In this document: piece after piece, positions 1 to 11,083 of the stretch
How positions within the stretch are numbered: the first letter of the stretch is position 1
Layout of the letters: the number at the start of each line of letters is the position of its first letter
DNA from: Lama guanicoe
Lineage: Eukaryota
DNA length: 64,000 bases
Direction: 5' to 3'
Assembly: GCA_013239625.1 (NCBI GenBank)
Contig: MU054033.1
Coordinates: 248,001 to 312,000 of the forward strand
Notes under the pieces: generated by a model
Told to the model about the DNA's origin: nothing
Database searches by the model: none
What the model saw: the letters and a program-made list of their open reading frames with translations, nothing else
Translations under genes and position numbers: made by a program

Positions 1-72
1 AGAAAGGGCTTTCGCCAAACGAAAAAGTGGTCTTGCTTGATGACGTTTGGTTTGAGACCCTCGACTCGCCAG
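1..72 (+). CDS. Candidate coding exon (5' end outside window) of an unidentified gene
   Basis: Frame 1 is open (RKGFRQTKKWSCLMTFGLRPSTRQ) and ends in phase 0 at donor CAG|GTATCT (72/73), compatible with the 285-360 exon. Confidence 0.3.
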
Positions 73-284
73 GTATCTCCCACTGCGTCCCGTTCTTGGA
101 GGCCACAGAGGATCGAGCACCTTTAGATGATCAGACTTGCAGTTCCGTCATGTGACTTGGACTCCTTAAAAAAGGATGCTTGATCTTAATTTTCTTTATT
201 TAAATAATTGGGAGTGACAGGGAGCCAAACCCCCTTTACCAGGAGATGAAGGTGAAATAGGATCATTGCTTTCTTGCTTTGCAG

Positions 285-360
285 GGAAGACTCTGCAGAC
301 AAGCCGCGTTTGCAGAGCATCTGCATGACCAGGGAAGTGCAGGGCTCTTTATATTTTTAT
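285..360 (+). CDS. Candidate internal exon (76 nt)
   Basis: Acceptor ttgctttcttgctttgcag| at 284/285 and donor TAT|gtacgt at 360/361 (alternative GTG|gtaggt at 367/368). Reads GRLCRQAAFAEHLHDQGSAGLFIFL from phase 0 and ends in phase 1. Confidence 0.35.
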
Positions 361-514
361 GTACGTGGTAGGTTAGTCACGTTTCCTGACCCTGGAGAAG
401 TGACTCTCTGAGGAGACATCCTGTGTGTCTCAGAAATGCGCTCCCCTCTCAGCACCCAAGGGCCAGGGGCCAGCTGGTCCCAGGGTGGGGCCTCACCTGC
501 ATTTGCAGACTTCA

Positions 515-1425
515 TCCCGCAGGGTCGTAGCTTCCTTGCTTCCGGTGTCTGCCCCCGGGCAGGGGAGGCTCGTCTAGAGGCTTGTGCAGGCTGCCTGGTA
601 GGAGGCACCGGTGCCTGCCCGCTGGCGGGTGGAGCTGAGTCCTGGCCCTCTGGTGGGCAGGGCTGTGTCTAGGGGGAGCGTCTAGAGGTGACTGTGGGCT
701 CAGAAAGTGTCTAGGCAGCCTGTCTGCTGGTGGCTGGGGCTGTGAACCCGCCCAGTTAATTCTTTGGCCTGAGGCGCCCCAGCACTGGGGCCTGCAGGCT
801 GATGCGCGGGGCCAGGCCTTGGTGCTGATGGCCCAAGCAAGGTGTCAGCCTTCAGGAGAGTCGTGCACGAGTTCTCCCCGAGTCGCTCGCCGCTGGTGTC
901 TGTGCCTCCCGGGCGAGCCGTAGCTGCCCTCCGCCTCGCCAGGAGCCCCTCCAAGGCCAGCAGGCTTCTGTGAAGTCGCTGCTGTTGCCCTCGGTCCAGG
1001 TGAACACGAGGTTTCGTGTGCCTCCTGTAAGAGTGAGGTCTGTTCCCCCAGTCCCGTGGGGCTCCCGCGGTTAAGCCTTGCTGGCCTTCAAAGCCGATGC
1101 TCCGGGGGCTCCTCTTCCTGGTGCCGGGCCCCCGGGCTGGGGAGCCGGGCGTGGGGTCAGAACGCTCACCCCCGTGGGAGGGCGTCTGCAGTACGACCGG
1201 TCTCCAGTTTGTGGGTCGCCGGCCTGGGGTGTGGGACGTGACTGCGTCACGAGTGCCCCTCCTGCCCGCCTTGCGCTTCCTTCCTTCTGTCTTTGGTTGC
1301 GGGCGGTCTCTTCTGGGAGTTTCGGTCTTGCATCGGCGGCCGTTCAGCAGTTGGCTGTGGCTGTGCTGTGCCCGTGGAGGAGGTGACTCCAGGGTCCGTC
1401 CACTCCACCCCCTTGGCCGCTCTCC
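515..1425 (-). mobile_element. LINE-1 5'UTR fragment including the 5' terminus (Laurasiatherian/cetartiodactyl L1)
   Basis: The reverse complement reads GGAGTGGACGGACCCTGGAGTCACCTCCTCC...AACTGCTGAAC...CAAAGACAGAAGGAAG...GGCGACCCACAAACTGGAGA, matching the recalled L1 5' end. The + strand has tctagaggcttgtgcagg and tttggcctgaggcgccccagcactgg, typical of this 5'UTR in antisense. Confidence 0.75.
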
Positions 1426-1586
1426 GCGTTGGCTTCTTGACAAAGCCGACCTATGACAAAAATGGCAGATTTGGGCTCAGGAATACCGTGTTCACCCACA
1501 CCTCAGGAATCCTTGCTTTACTCACATTGACCCTTTCCTGTTGTCTTCTCTGTCTCTGTCATTTTATACATGGATGTGGGCCACAG

Positions 1587-1729
1587 CACTGTCAGACCTA
1601 AATGCATATGAATACGTGGAATTTGACAGAACTGGGCTGTTTCCGCTTCGCTGTCATCGTATCAGCCCGCGTGTCATTGATTCACATAGCAGGATGTCGG
1701 CTGCGACACGTCCTGTCCTCTTGAATTAG
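1587..1729 (+). CDS. Candidate last coding exon (exon 1587-1755, stop 1727-1729)
   Basis: A pyrimidine-rich zone with no AG (1507-1584) ends at ccacag| (1586/1587). Phase-1 entry gives SLSDLNAYEYVEFDRTGLFPLRCHRISPRVIDSHSRMSAATRPVLLN*. Donor CAG|gtgggt at 1755/1756. Confidence 0.33.
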
Positions 1730-2672
1730 CAACCAGGACCTCGAGCTGCGCACAGGTGGGTGAGGACCTGGGTGGTCACCACTCTGTAGGGCCCCTGATG
1801 GCCTTGCCACCTCCAGTGCTTCACCCTCCCTGAGTCTCCTGCTCGTGATGGTTAGAGGGTCGTGGAGGGAAGGAAGCTAGACAGCAGCTGTCCTTGCCAC
1901 CTCGGTTTTGGCCCGATGTCCCTGGTCTGCAGAGTTCGTCCGTGTGGATGGCTCATTTGATGCCTGGGGCCTGGACTTCCTTATCTCCAGGGACCTTCTC
2001 CCTCCCCCTGTGCTGGGTGGTGACACCTGTACAGCTCTGTGACTTGGGAAAGGCCCCCTTTTGTTCCGCCTCCCAGGAGCTTCCAGCCCCCCCGCCTGTT
2101 CATAGCGTGGTCACCACGTACCTGTTCAAGGGCTGGTCACCACCCTCCCTGTTGATGACGTGGCCACGTTTCAGTACGCTTTCTCCAGGTCTCTAAGCTT
2201 GTGCCCTCTGGCATCATCTGGTAAGGCCCAGCTGGCCATGGGCTCTGAGCCCAGCGGGAGGGCATCCCACAGGGTTGACTGGTCAGCCCCGTTCGCTTGG
2301 TGGTCAGTGGCCCCAGCTGGGCTCTCACTGGCTGGCAGACCCACGCCTCGCTCGGGAGCTTATCCTGCCACGCTCCCCAATTGTCCATTCGCCCAACCAG
2401 CATTTCCCAAGTGCCCTCAAGGAGCTTACATCAAGGGGGAGTGAGAAAGGCAAAAAGCAGGTGGACGAATGTTGGGTGGTGGTAAATGACGTCCTGCAAA
2501 TCAAATAGGATGTCGGGGTGGGTGACTGAGACTGTCGTCACTTGGATGGTAGAAATCTGTCTCCCTTCAGCTTCACCTCTTCAGGTGTTCCTGCTTCTTA
2601 ATTCTCAAGTTCTTGGTCTACATCCTGCTAGCATCCTCTCCTCTCTCATCCTATTAAGACAGGAGTGATTGC

Positions 2673-2817
2673 TTTTTAAAAAATTTTTTTTACCTAATTT
2701 TTTTAAGGGGGTAATTAGGCGTTTATGTATTTATTTGTTTATACAGAGGTGCTGGGGGTTGAACCCAGGACCTCGTGCACGCTGAGCATGTGCTCTACCA
2801 CCGAGCTATCCCCTCCC
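2673..2817 (-). mobile_element. tRNA-Ala-derived camelid SINE (Vic-1-like)
   Basis: Reverse complement GGGAGGGGATAGCTCGGTGGTAGAGCACATGCTCAGCGTGCACGAGGTCCTGGGTTCAACCCCCAGCACCTC, then cctaattacccc and an A-rich tail. Confidence 0.9.
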
Positions 2818-3184
2818 TGCCAGGAGAGGTTCCTTTCTGAGGGACACTTCCCCACTGACTTCGGTCCCCATTCCTTTCCACCTTCTCCTCGACGCGCACG
2901 TCTCCTTGTGTTGATTCATGTATTTGTAACCCTGCCCTTTCCACTGAATTCTTTTCATCTCCTTTTCGATGTGCTTACATTTCCTGCATTTGGGGATAAA
3001 ATTCTGCCCACGACACCTCTTCAAGGAGACCATTCCATATTGTATCTTGATTGCACTCCCCTCCCCCACCACCTGGGATGGAATTCGTTGCTTTGCATCC
3101 CGTCGCACGTGGGGTGGTTGCGTGATAATTCCGTCCATTATTACAGACATGAAACTAGTGTCGAGAACACTGGGGAGGGGGCGT

Positions 3185-3340
3185 GGGGAGGGTGCAGCTC
3201 AGTTGTGCTTATTGGCATGCACAAGGTCCTGGGTTCAATCCCCAGTACCTCCACTTCAACAAACAAACAAATAAATAAACGTAATAAATAAACCCCCCAA
3301 AAAATAAAAAAATAAAATTTAAAAGAGTAAAAAAAAAAAA
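3185..3340 (+). mobile_element. tRNA-Ala-derived camelid SINE (Vic-1-like)
   Basis: GGGGAGGGTGCAGCTCAG...GCATGCACAAGGTCCTGGGTTCAATCCCCAGTACCTCC with B-box GGTTCAATCC and a long A-rich tail. Confidence 0.9.
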
Positions 3341-3399
3341 CCCAAAAGACTAGAAGGTTTTAAAGTGCCAAATTTCTCCAAGACAGCGTTAAATGAAGC

Positions 3400-3905
3400 C
3401 AACATTAAGTATACATTTTTTAAAAGCGATGCAACAAAAATTAACTGCAGTTGTTTCAATTTTCTATATATAGAAAATGCAGGGAATTCAACTGAACATC
3501 TTAGGAGTAATAAGGGGACGCAGCAAGCTGGCTGGATCCCGGATCAACTCATTTTTATTTACTTGCAAGAAAAAACCTCAGAGAACGCGTGATGGGAAAT
3601 AATCCTGTTCACAACAGCAACAAAACCAACCAGAGACCCTGGAGTGACCTTAGTAAGAAAGGTGCAGCAGCTCCATGACGTCACTGAAGGACGTGAAGAT
3701 GAACGTAACTGGGAAGTCCACCTGCTGGACGGGAAAGCAGCTTTACAGACAGATCAGGCCTCTTGAAATTAACGCATGAGTTTAATACGGTTCCACCTGG
3801 TGCCCTGGCGAATTATTTTACAGAATTTGACTTGTTGCTGAAGTCTATGTAGAATTGAAAATTAGAAAGAAGGGCCAAGATAATTCTGAAAAAGAAAGAT
3901 TCATA
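3400..3905 (+). mobile_element. Ancient LINE-1 (L1M-type) ORF2 remnant
   Basis: A-rich degenerate L1 motifs (ttcacaacagcaacaaaa, tttacagaatttgac, gccaagataattctgaaaaagaa). No open frame. Confidence 0.6.
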
Positions 3906-4884
3906 ATAACAGGGGGAAAAATAAAATTAATATAATAACAGGCAGACGGGTAAGGAAACTGGCCGGCCCCGAGCAGAGGCCCCCCGTGTCCAAGTCCCCA
4001 CCGCCTCACGTCTTGGGATGGGGAGCCACACCGACGTCCACCCCTTTCTGAAAAGCCCGCGGAGTTGGGTACAGCCTCTCTCCCCCGGGTTTCATCACCA
4101 TAGACGTGTCTCCCTGTTAATCCTGACCTTTGTGGGGATTCTCAGGAAAGAGCCCGCCTCCCGGCTCCTTGAAGGGCATTCCCCGCCCCCGATCGTGAGC
4201 ACTGACATGCATCCGTTATTGGGGGTAAAAAAAAGAAATCAAGAAAGAGAATCAAATGCACACATCTCCTTGTTTTATTTTCCATAAAACACATCCGTCC
4301 CTTCAGTGTGGGAAGACGCGGGTGTCACTGGTTTTGTGCCCCAGGTGATAAACCTCAAGTTTCTGCTTGCTCTGAGAGATTCCACAGTATAAATAACGTC
4401 TTCTTTAAAAGCCTCATCTGTTTTCCATTTCGAGGCCGTTCGACACCGCCGGGTGGGGGCTGCGAGCCCGGGAGCTCTGCCGCGGCCAGTGCCCGTGTGC
4501 TTCCAGGGCTGCCGAAGGAGCCTGCGTGCTGCTTTCAAGATCAAAGACAGGCTCTTGCGTCCAGCCGGGCGGAACTCGAGCCCCGGGGAGTGCCGTTTCT
4601 GGTGGCAGCAGAGACGTGAAGGATGACTTCCTGCTCAGCAACACCGCGTTGGGTGGAAGGAGCGGGGTCCACCGTGGGCTGGGGGTGTTCCCTCTCGATC
4701 TTCCACCCCGACCCTCGACGCACCCCACACGGAATGAGGGAAGCAGCTCTGGGGAAGAGACGCCATGTAGCAAAGCGTTGGGTCTTGTCTGTCCACACTT
4801 CTGCGTAAAGCCAGGCACTGTCGCCTTGTCTGCTGCCCCTCACACCATCTCCCCTGGCGTCCTTGGAGCCTGCCTCTGTAGGGG

Positions 4885-5247
4885 GGCTGTGGACTGAAGG
4901 TCTGTGTCTCCCCAAATCCACATGCTGAAGCCCTGACCCCCAGTGTGAGTGACGGTGTTTGCAGACAGGGCCTTTGGGGGGTGATGGGGTTTAGATGAGG
5001 TCATGTGAGCGGGGCCCCTACAGTGGGGTTAGCGCCCTTATGAGAAGAGGAGAAGACAACAGCACGCGCTCTCTCTGTCCTGAGGACACAGCTGTCTGGA
5101 AGCCAGGAGGAGCGCGCTCACCAGGATCTGAATCTGCCGGCACCTTAATCCTGGACCCCCAGCCTCCAGAACCAGGAGAAGTAAACGTCTGTTGTTCAGG
5201 CGTCCGGTCTGTGTTGTTTTGCTGTGGCAGCCTGAGCTGACTGGGAC
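4885..5247 (+). mobile_element. MLT1A-like MaLR solo LTR
   Basis: ctgtggactgaagg...tttagatgaggtcatg...gcccttatgagaagagga...tctgccggcaccttaatcctggac...cagcctccagaac...gcagcctgagctgact, about 360 bp. Confidence 0.85.
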
Positions 5248-6419
5248 GGGGGGATTCGGTTTGGGAACCCTTTCCAGGGGGCACAGTCGGTCTTCTGCGG
5301 GGCATGGGGGTGCAGTCTTCCATTTTGGGGTGCGTTGCCCAGAGGAGTCGGGCATAGGCCCTAGCGAGTACTGAGCACTTAGCAGTAAGTTGGGCCCTGA
5401 AGGGACCTCCCGGAGCCGAGTTTAACACAGGCCTTTGACTGAGTGAAAGGGCCCAGGAGGGAGGCAAAGGGGCCTCCCCCAGGGGTCAGGTACTGCGCCC
5501 CCCACCACTGGAGCCCTTGGCGTGGAGCCTGTTTGGGTGGGGCAGTGCTCCCTTCCAGGGCCCAGCCGTTCACAGGGCTGGCTCGTGTGACTCCTTGCAT
5601 CTCATCTCATTCCTCGATTGTGGGGACAGGGCTCGGGGGGCTGTCATGGATGGCCACAGCAGCCCCAGAATACTTGTGGGAAGGAGGGGTCATGCCCAGA
5701 CTCTTTGCACAGCTGCTGCCTCCCTGCCTGGATGCTCCTCCCAGCCTCTCCGTTCCCCGCCCCCACCCCATGCCATTTTGTGCCTCGGTGCCTTTGCACG
5801 TGCTGTTCCCTTGGCCTGGCCTGCCCATCCCTCCGTCTTCTGGGAGACCTGCTTGAGCCCCACGGCTCTGTGTGCTGTGCTTGGCCTGGTGTCCGATAGG
5901 CACTTTTTCTTGGGGATGTCTTGACACCCTCGGGCCCCTAGTTCGTCACACATGAGCTCTGTCCCTGAACCAGTTGACACTGGGATCATGGGTTTTCCGG
6001 GGGAGAGAGGGGAATGTGTCGCCTCTTCCCTACAAGGCAAGGGGGCAGAAAATGCAAAGGTCTAGGCTCCCGTCACCCCACCACCCTGGGGAGCCGACAC
6101 CATAGTCACCCGGCCTGGAGCAGTTTTCACGCCAGCTCGCTGCGGTCACTGCCTTTGCCACCTGCTCGTGGTGGCACTCACATCACTGTCTCTGTTTGCT
6201 GGCGCTCACCAAGGTGTGCACCTAAAATGGGTGCTTTTTACTGTGTGTAAATTGTACCCCAGTCTAGTTGATTGAGGCTCATTCTTGGTGACATTAATTT
6301 GGTTTGATCTTAGGATAAAATAGGTATTTATGTGGAGATTTATTTTTTAAAATTTTGAAGGAGTTCAGAACCTTGGTAAGAATGGGATGAGGAACTTTTC
6401 TTCCCTCTGACCCTCCCAG

Positions 6420-6560
6420 GAGCAAGCTGCAGATACAGTGCCCTATCACATGGTTTGGAGGCATTGAAAATAGAAAAAATTGTGTGTATGTTTTAAAAAA
6501 ATCTCATGTATGGGGTTCTTGCACTTTGTGCTTTAAATAAAAAGCAATTGTTTAATTTTG
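6420..6560 (+). other. Candidate terminal exon with polyadenylation signal
   Basis: Pyrimidine tract with branch-like CTCTGAC and acceptor cccag| (6419/6420). TGTA elements at 6485 and 6507, AATAAA at 6536-6541, T-rich element at ~6548-6563. Confidence 0.4.
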
Positions 6561-8644
6561 TTTAAAAAAAAAGGATCCTTCCTGGTGCGAACAGCATGGT
6601 TGTATGTTCATTTGAATCCGCGCATCAAGGTGGGGGGTTAGCACTGGAAATACACTCATCTGGAATTCCCATGTGTTTGTCAAGTGGGTTTTGAGTAAGA
6701 ATTAAATGGTGATGAGAAGAAAGATGGTTTTCCAGGATGGATGTTTCTGTGAACGTCAGCACTGCTTTGAGCGGAGTTAGCTCTGATGTGGGGGGAGGCC
6801 TGGCCTTGCAGCCGTGCCTTCTCGCTGCCCAGAAGAGATTACCGAGTGAGTCAGGGCCTGGCGCCCTGCAAACTGGCTCTGACTCTGGGCTCCCAGGCTA
6901 GACATCGGAGGTGAGGGCTGCTGGGGGGACGGGGTCCGGGCCCCCCCTACCCCCAGTGGGTGTCCTTGTGTTGCTGGACAGAGGGCCGTTGCTGAGAAAG
7001 CAATCCTTGTCCTGGCCCGAGCATCTCAGAAGTGAGGAGGGCAGCTGCGTGGCTTGGAGAGGGCAGAGAATCAGGAATGGTCCCCAGGCCAGCAGGTCGC
7101 TGTTGCTTCCCCTAGTTTTGATGGGGTTCATGATTTCAGACTGTATCATGGACTCATCTTGCTTTGTCTGGCAATATTTTGCAAACCATGACACGGATGC
7201 TTTAAATCAGGACACATGTGTGAAAAATACAGGAATTATTCCTTCCTTCCTTCCCCCTCCCACCCTGACCCGCGGGGTGACGGCTGAGAGGATGGAGAAG
7301 AATTCCTCGCCACGGCCTTTTGGGCCCCAGTGGTTTCACCCGGGTGCTGGTTTCCCTTTCCACCTTCCCGACCCGCCGGGTTCTGGTGGCAGCGAGGTTT
7401 TGTCCAGATGCTGAGAGAAACTGCGATGTTGCAGACAGCCCACGGATCTCGAGTAAAACCGCAGCGTGTGTGACAGCGATCGGGAGAGAAGGAGGCGGTG
7501 GCGGCGCCCTCGGGCGAGGAACAAGTGCCCGTCTGTGGAGGGAGCGGAGCCCCGAGCCCCCTACGCCTTCCCGGAGGAGGCCTGGGACCCGCCAACAGTG
7601 TCTCTTTGTGCTCCCGGCTGCCGGGACCAACGGCCTGAAGCGGGTAGCTGGAAGTCTAGCCACCAGGCAGCGGTTTAAATCAAAATAATCACTTTAAGAA
7701 ACGGCAGGGAGCTTAGCTGGAGCACCATTTCCTGCGCCCTGAAATGCTAAAACACACCATCTGATTTATGCTGTTGGCTCTGGGGGGTTCAGAGTGGTCA
7801 GGACCCCTCGCTTCTTCCTCCCCCACCCCGGGGAGGAAAAACATTTCAGAAGGAGACTCTGCGGAAGGCCTTTAGTGCCAGCGAGTGGCTGTTGAAAGGA
7901 CGCGGGTCTGCAGGGAGGTGGCGACGGGGCGAGAGGTGTGGACAGCCTCGTGCTCCCGCCTCTGAGTCCCCGTTCTGGGCTTGCTCAGCGCTCCCCCTCG
8001 GGGTGAGGTCACCGCATCCCTCGGCTTCTCTCCGCAAGTGAGGAGGCCTCTGAATGCCTTCATTCAGGTGTGGATTTGGGGCAGGAGGCTGATTTCCTCC
8101 TGGTGGCGGCTGGTAGGCGAGGTGGAGAGCAAAACATGCCTGGGGCGGAGGGGCCGACCGTGGCCCTGCACCCACACCTCCTCTGGGCTCCCGTCTCGTC
8201 CCGCCCATCTTTGGTCCAGCGCAAGCCTTCCGCCCTCCTCCCCTCATGTGGGGTCTCATCTGCCAGCTTTTGGTTTCTGTCCAGGGAGCCCGTGCTGCCT
8301 GTAGTCAGGGTGGGTCAGAACTGGCACCTGCTTGGAAGCAGCTCCATCGGTGGACGGGGATAACAGGTGAACTCCGCCAGGTGTCTGGGGTGGGGGGGCT
8401 GGAGTGTCGGGGACGTGGGGCAGGGAGGGAGAAGGATGGCGGCCGGTGTTCCAGGCTCCTGTCTGCCCCGTGGGCTTATTACATACGGACATTGACGGAC
8501 ACGTAGAAGGACATACAGCCTGGGGTGGGGGGCTGTGGACTTGGTAGCTGTTAAGTGGAGCCAGCTTACGGCGGTGGGGCAGAGGCTGGATCAGCATTTC
8601 TCACAGGGACTGTGGGCTGTCAGGATGTACTGTGTGGGGGACTA

Positions 8645-9097
8645 AGGTTCCTTAAAACACTAAAAAGAGACTTACTGTATGATCCAGCAGTCCCACTCCT
8701 GGGCACATATCTGGAGAAAAATATAATTCAGAAAGACTCATTCACCCCAATGTTCATAGCGCACTTTATACAACAGCCAAGACATGCAAGCAACACAAAT
8801 GTCCATTGACAGATGATTGGATAAAAAAGATATGGTATATGTATACAATGGAATACTGCTCAGCCATAAAAAGAATAAAATAATGCCATTTGCAGCAACA
8901 TGGATGGACCTGGAGATCGTCATTCTAAGTGAAATAAGTCAGACAGAGAAGGAAAAATGCCATATAATATTGCTCATATGTGGATCTTAAAAAAAAGGAC
9001 ACAAATGAACTTACCTACAAAACAGAATCAGACTCACAGACGCAGAGGGCAAACTTATGGTTACTAGGGAGCAAAGAGGGTAGGAAGGGATAAATTG
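8645..9097 (+). mobile_element. Cetartiodactyl LINE-1, end of ORF2 plus 3'UTR fragment
   Basis: tatgatccagcagtcccactcctgggc, aatgccatttgcagcaacatggatggacctggag and acaaaacagaatcagactcacagac. The ORF track shows ORF2-like LLYDPAVPLLGTY. Confidence 0.9.
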
Positions 9098-9109
9098 AAA
9101 ATTGCACCT

Positions 9110-9260
9110 CTTGGGGCGTGAGGGAAATGTTAGCTGTCTCGATTGTGGTGGTGGCTTCATGAGTGTATATACATTATTAAAATTCATCAAATTGCACGTC
9201 TGATACATGTGTAGCTTACTGTACAGGAACCATACTACAGTAAAGATTTTTAAAAAAAGC
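9110..9260 (+). mobile_element. Old L1 (L1MC/ME-like) 3' end
   Basis: ggaaatgttagctgtctcgattgtggtggtgg...aaaattcatcaaattgcac...gtaaagatttttaaaaaaa. Confidence 0.6.
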
Positions 9261-9699
9261 AACCAGTAAATCTGGGATAATGGGTTGTCTTGATGGGGCC
9301 GTGTGGACCTTTGGCCCACTCCTGCACCCTGTTTCTCTCTGGGGGAGTGTGGCGTGCTCCCCTTGGATGCGAGCCAGGTGTATCCCCGTGCCTGTGGTCA
9401 GGGTCTTCCCACCAGCCCACGGCCCCTTCTGCGGGCCCCCGGCCACCCTCTGCTTGTTCCACAATTCCCTGGGGAACTGTAGGTGCTCCCTGCAGTGCTC
9501 ACGTAACCACCCCCCCCCGATGGTCCCAGTCTCATACCAGGTTGTCCTTCAAATTCATAGTCTCCCTGCAAACACTTCTGAATGTCAGTCGGAAAAGCAT
9601 GGTCTGAAGGCCCTCTCGGAGGGGAGGGTGGGCTCCACCAGCGGGCACACGAGCACCTCGGTCCACGGGATGGGAAGGAACGGGCCGTGAAAGGATGCC

Positions 9700-10860
9700 G
9701 CCCCACTGCCCAGGGGGCTGGGAGCCTGAGCTGACTCTACCCTGTCTGGGCCTCTTCCCTCCAGCTGCGTGCGGGTAGCTCGGGGACCTCCAGGCTGAGC
9801 AGACGCATGGCCGGTGGCGCAGGAGCGCCTGGGTCCTGGGATCGGGGCGGCAGTGGGAGCCTGGCACCTCTGCCCTCCCTTGAGGTGCTGGGCGCTCCCA
9901 GTCTCCTCACTTCTCGGGCCTGGGTCCGGGTCCCAGCCCAGCTCCGTCCTGAGCCCCTCAACAGGGAGTGAAGATGTTGAAATGTCCCGAACTGACCATC
10001 TGGGCAAAATGGGCTGTTTCTCCTTGTTGTCCTGGATTCAGGGAAGCTGCGGGCCATTAGAAACGGGCTGGCTGTGTTGTCCCTAGGTGACGAGGAAGGG
10101 GAGAGAGGTGGCCGTGGCCCGGCCTCAGGTGGGTTTCTCCCGCGGGAGGGGCTCGCGGGCAGGGCTGGGAGCGGGCGCTGCGGTCCCAGCCTGCGGGCGC
10201 AAGGCTCGGTGTCCCCCGCTGCTCCGTGGGGTAACGGTGGGGTCACGGGGATTAAACGGGCTGGCGTCCGACACCCGGGGTGCTTGCACTGGCCGGTAGT
10301 AACCACAGCAGATCCTCACGCGGGCTGAGGAGCGGGTCTGCTGGAGAAGTCGGGGGAGGAGGAAGACTCAAAAATCCTCCCCAACACCGACTATCCGTCT
10401 TGCGAAAAAACGTGTTGTCTCAGTTTCTCGTCTTTGTGCCTTCCCTCGCCTTTCTCCTGCCCCTTCCTTCCCTCCCTCTTCTTCGTTCAGCATCAGCTGA
10501 GCAGACTCGTACTGCACCGGGGGTGCGCGTGCGGGGAGTGTTACCGAGGATACAGCGAGAGGCCCGGCCCCGCGGGGCCCGTGCTGCCTGGCCCTGGGGA
10601 AGGTGCGCTGTCGTCCCTTTGGAAGGGCGGACAGAGGGGCTCTCAGATGCCTGCTGCCAGGGCCTGGACAGACGGTGGAGGAAAACACGCGAGCACTTAG
10701 GGAGAGGCAGCCCCTCGGGCGTGGTGTCCGAGCCTCTCCTGGCCCCAGGAGGTCCCGCCCGGGAGCTGGAACACCGAAGGCCTGGAACGCCGGCAGGAAC
10801 CAGGCCAGTTCTGAGAGTCGTTGGGGCAGATTTGGAGGCTGAAATGTGGATGAGCTTGAG
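9700..10860. promoter_or_regulatory. CpG-island-like block, candidate promoter / 5' region
   Basis: Dense CpG and high GC in sequence with no recognisable repeat, especially 10100-10330 and 10500-10800. Confidence 0.55.
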
Positions 10861-11083
10861 TTTGGAGGAGAGTTAGTCGTCGAGAGAGCTCAGACAGCGA
10901 CCCCAGGGGCAGAGGGGAGGAGCGGGGCCACTTGGGAGCATCCCCCGCTGAAGACTCTTGTGTGGAAATGAATAGGGATGTTTGCAGACATCTCTTACTT
11001 GAGAATCACTTCGTCGCTGGATGTAAAATCTTACCACTTTAAAGAAACCAATGATCCCGGTCTTTTAAAATTAACTTTCTTGA

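Noticed and set aside
3..72. Frame-3 reading KGLSPNEKVVLLDDVWFETLDSP, with a Walker-B-like LLDDVW suggestive of NB-ARC
   Set aside because: It is only a short motif with no other NTPase motifs visible. It can splice in phase to 1587 but hits a stop if exon 285-360 is included. It cannot be resolved without upstream sequence.
700..1443. 247-aa ORF on the minus strand
   Set aside because: It lies wholly within a GC-rich L1 5'UTR, has a non-ATG start and low-complexity R/P/G composition, and resembles no domain I know.
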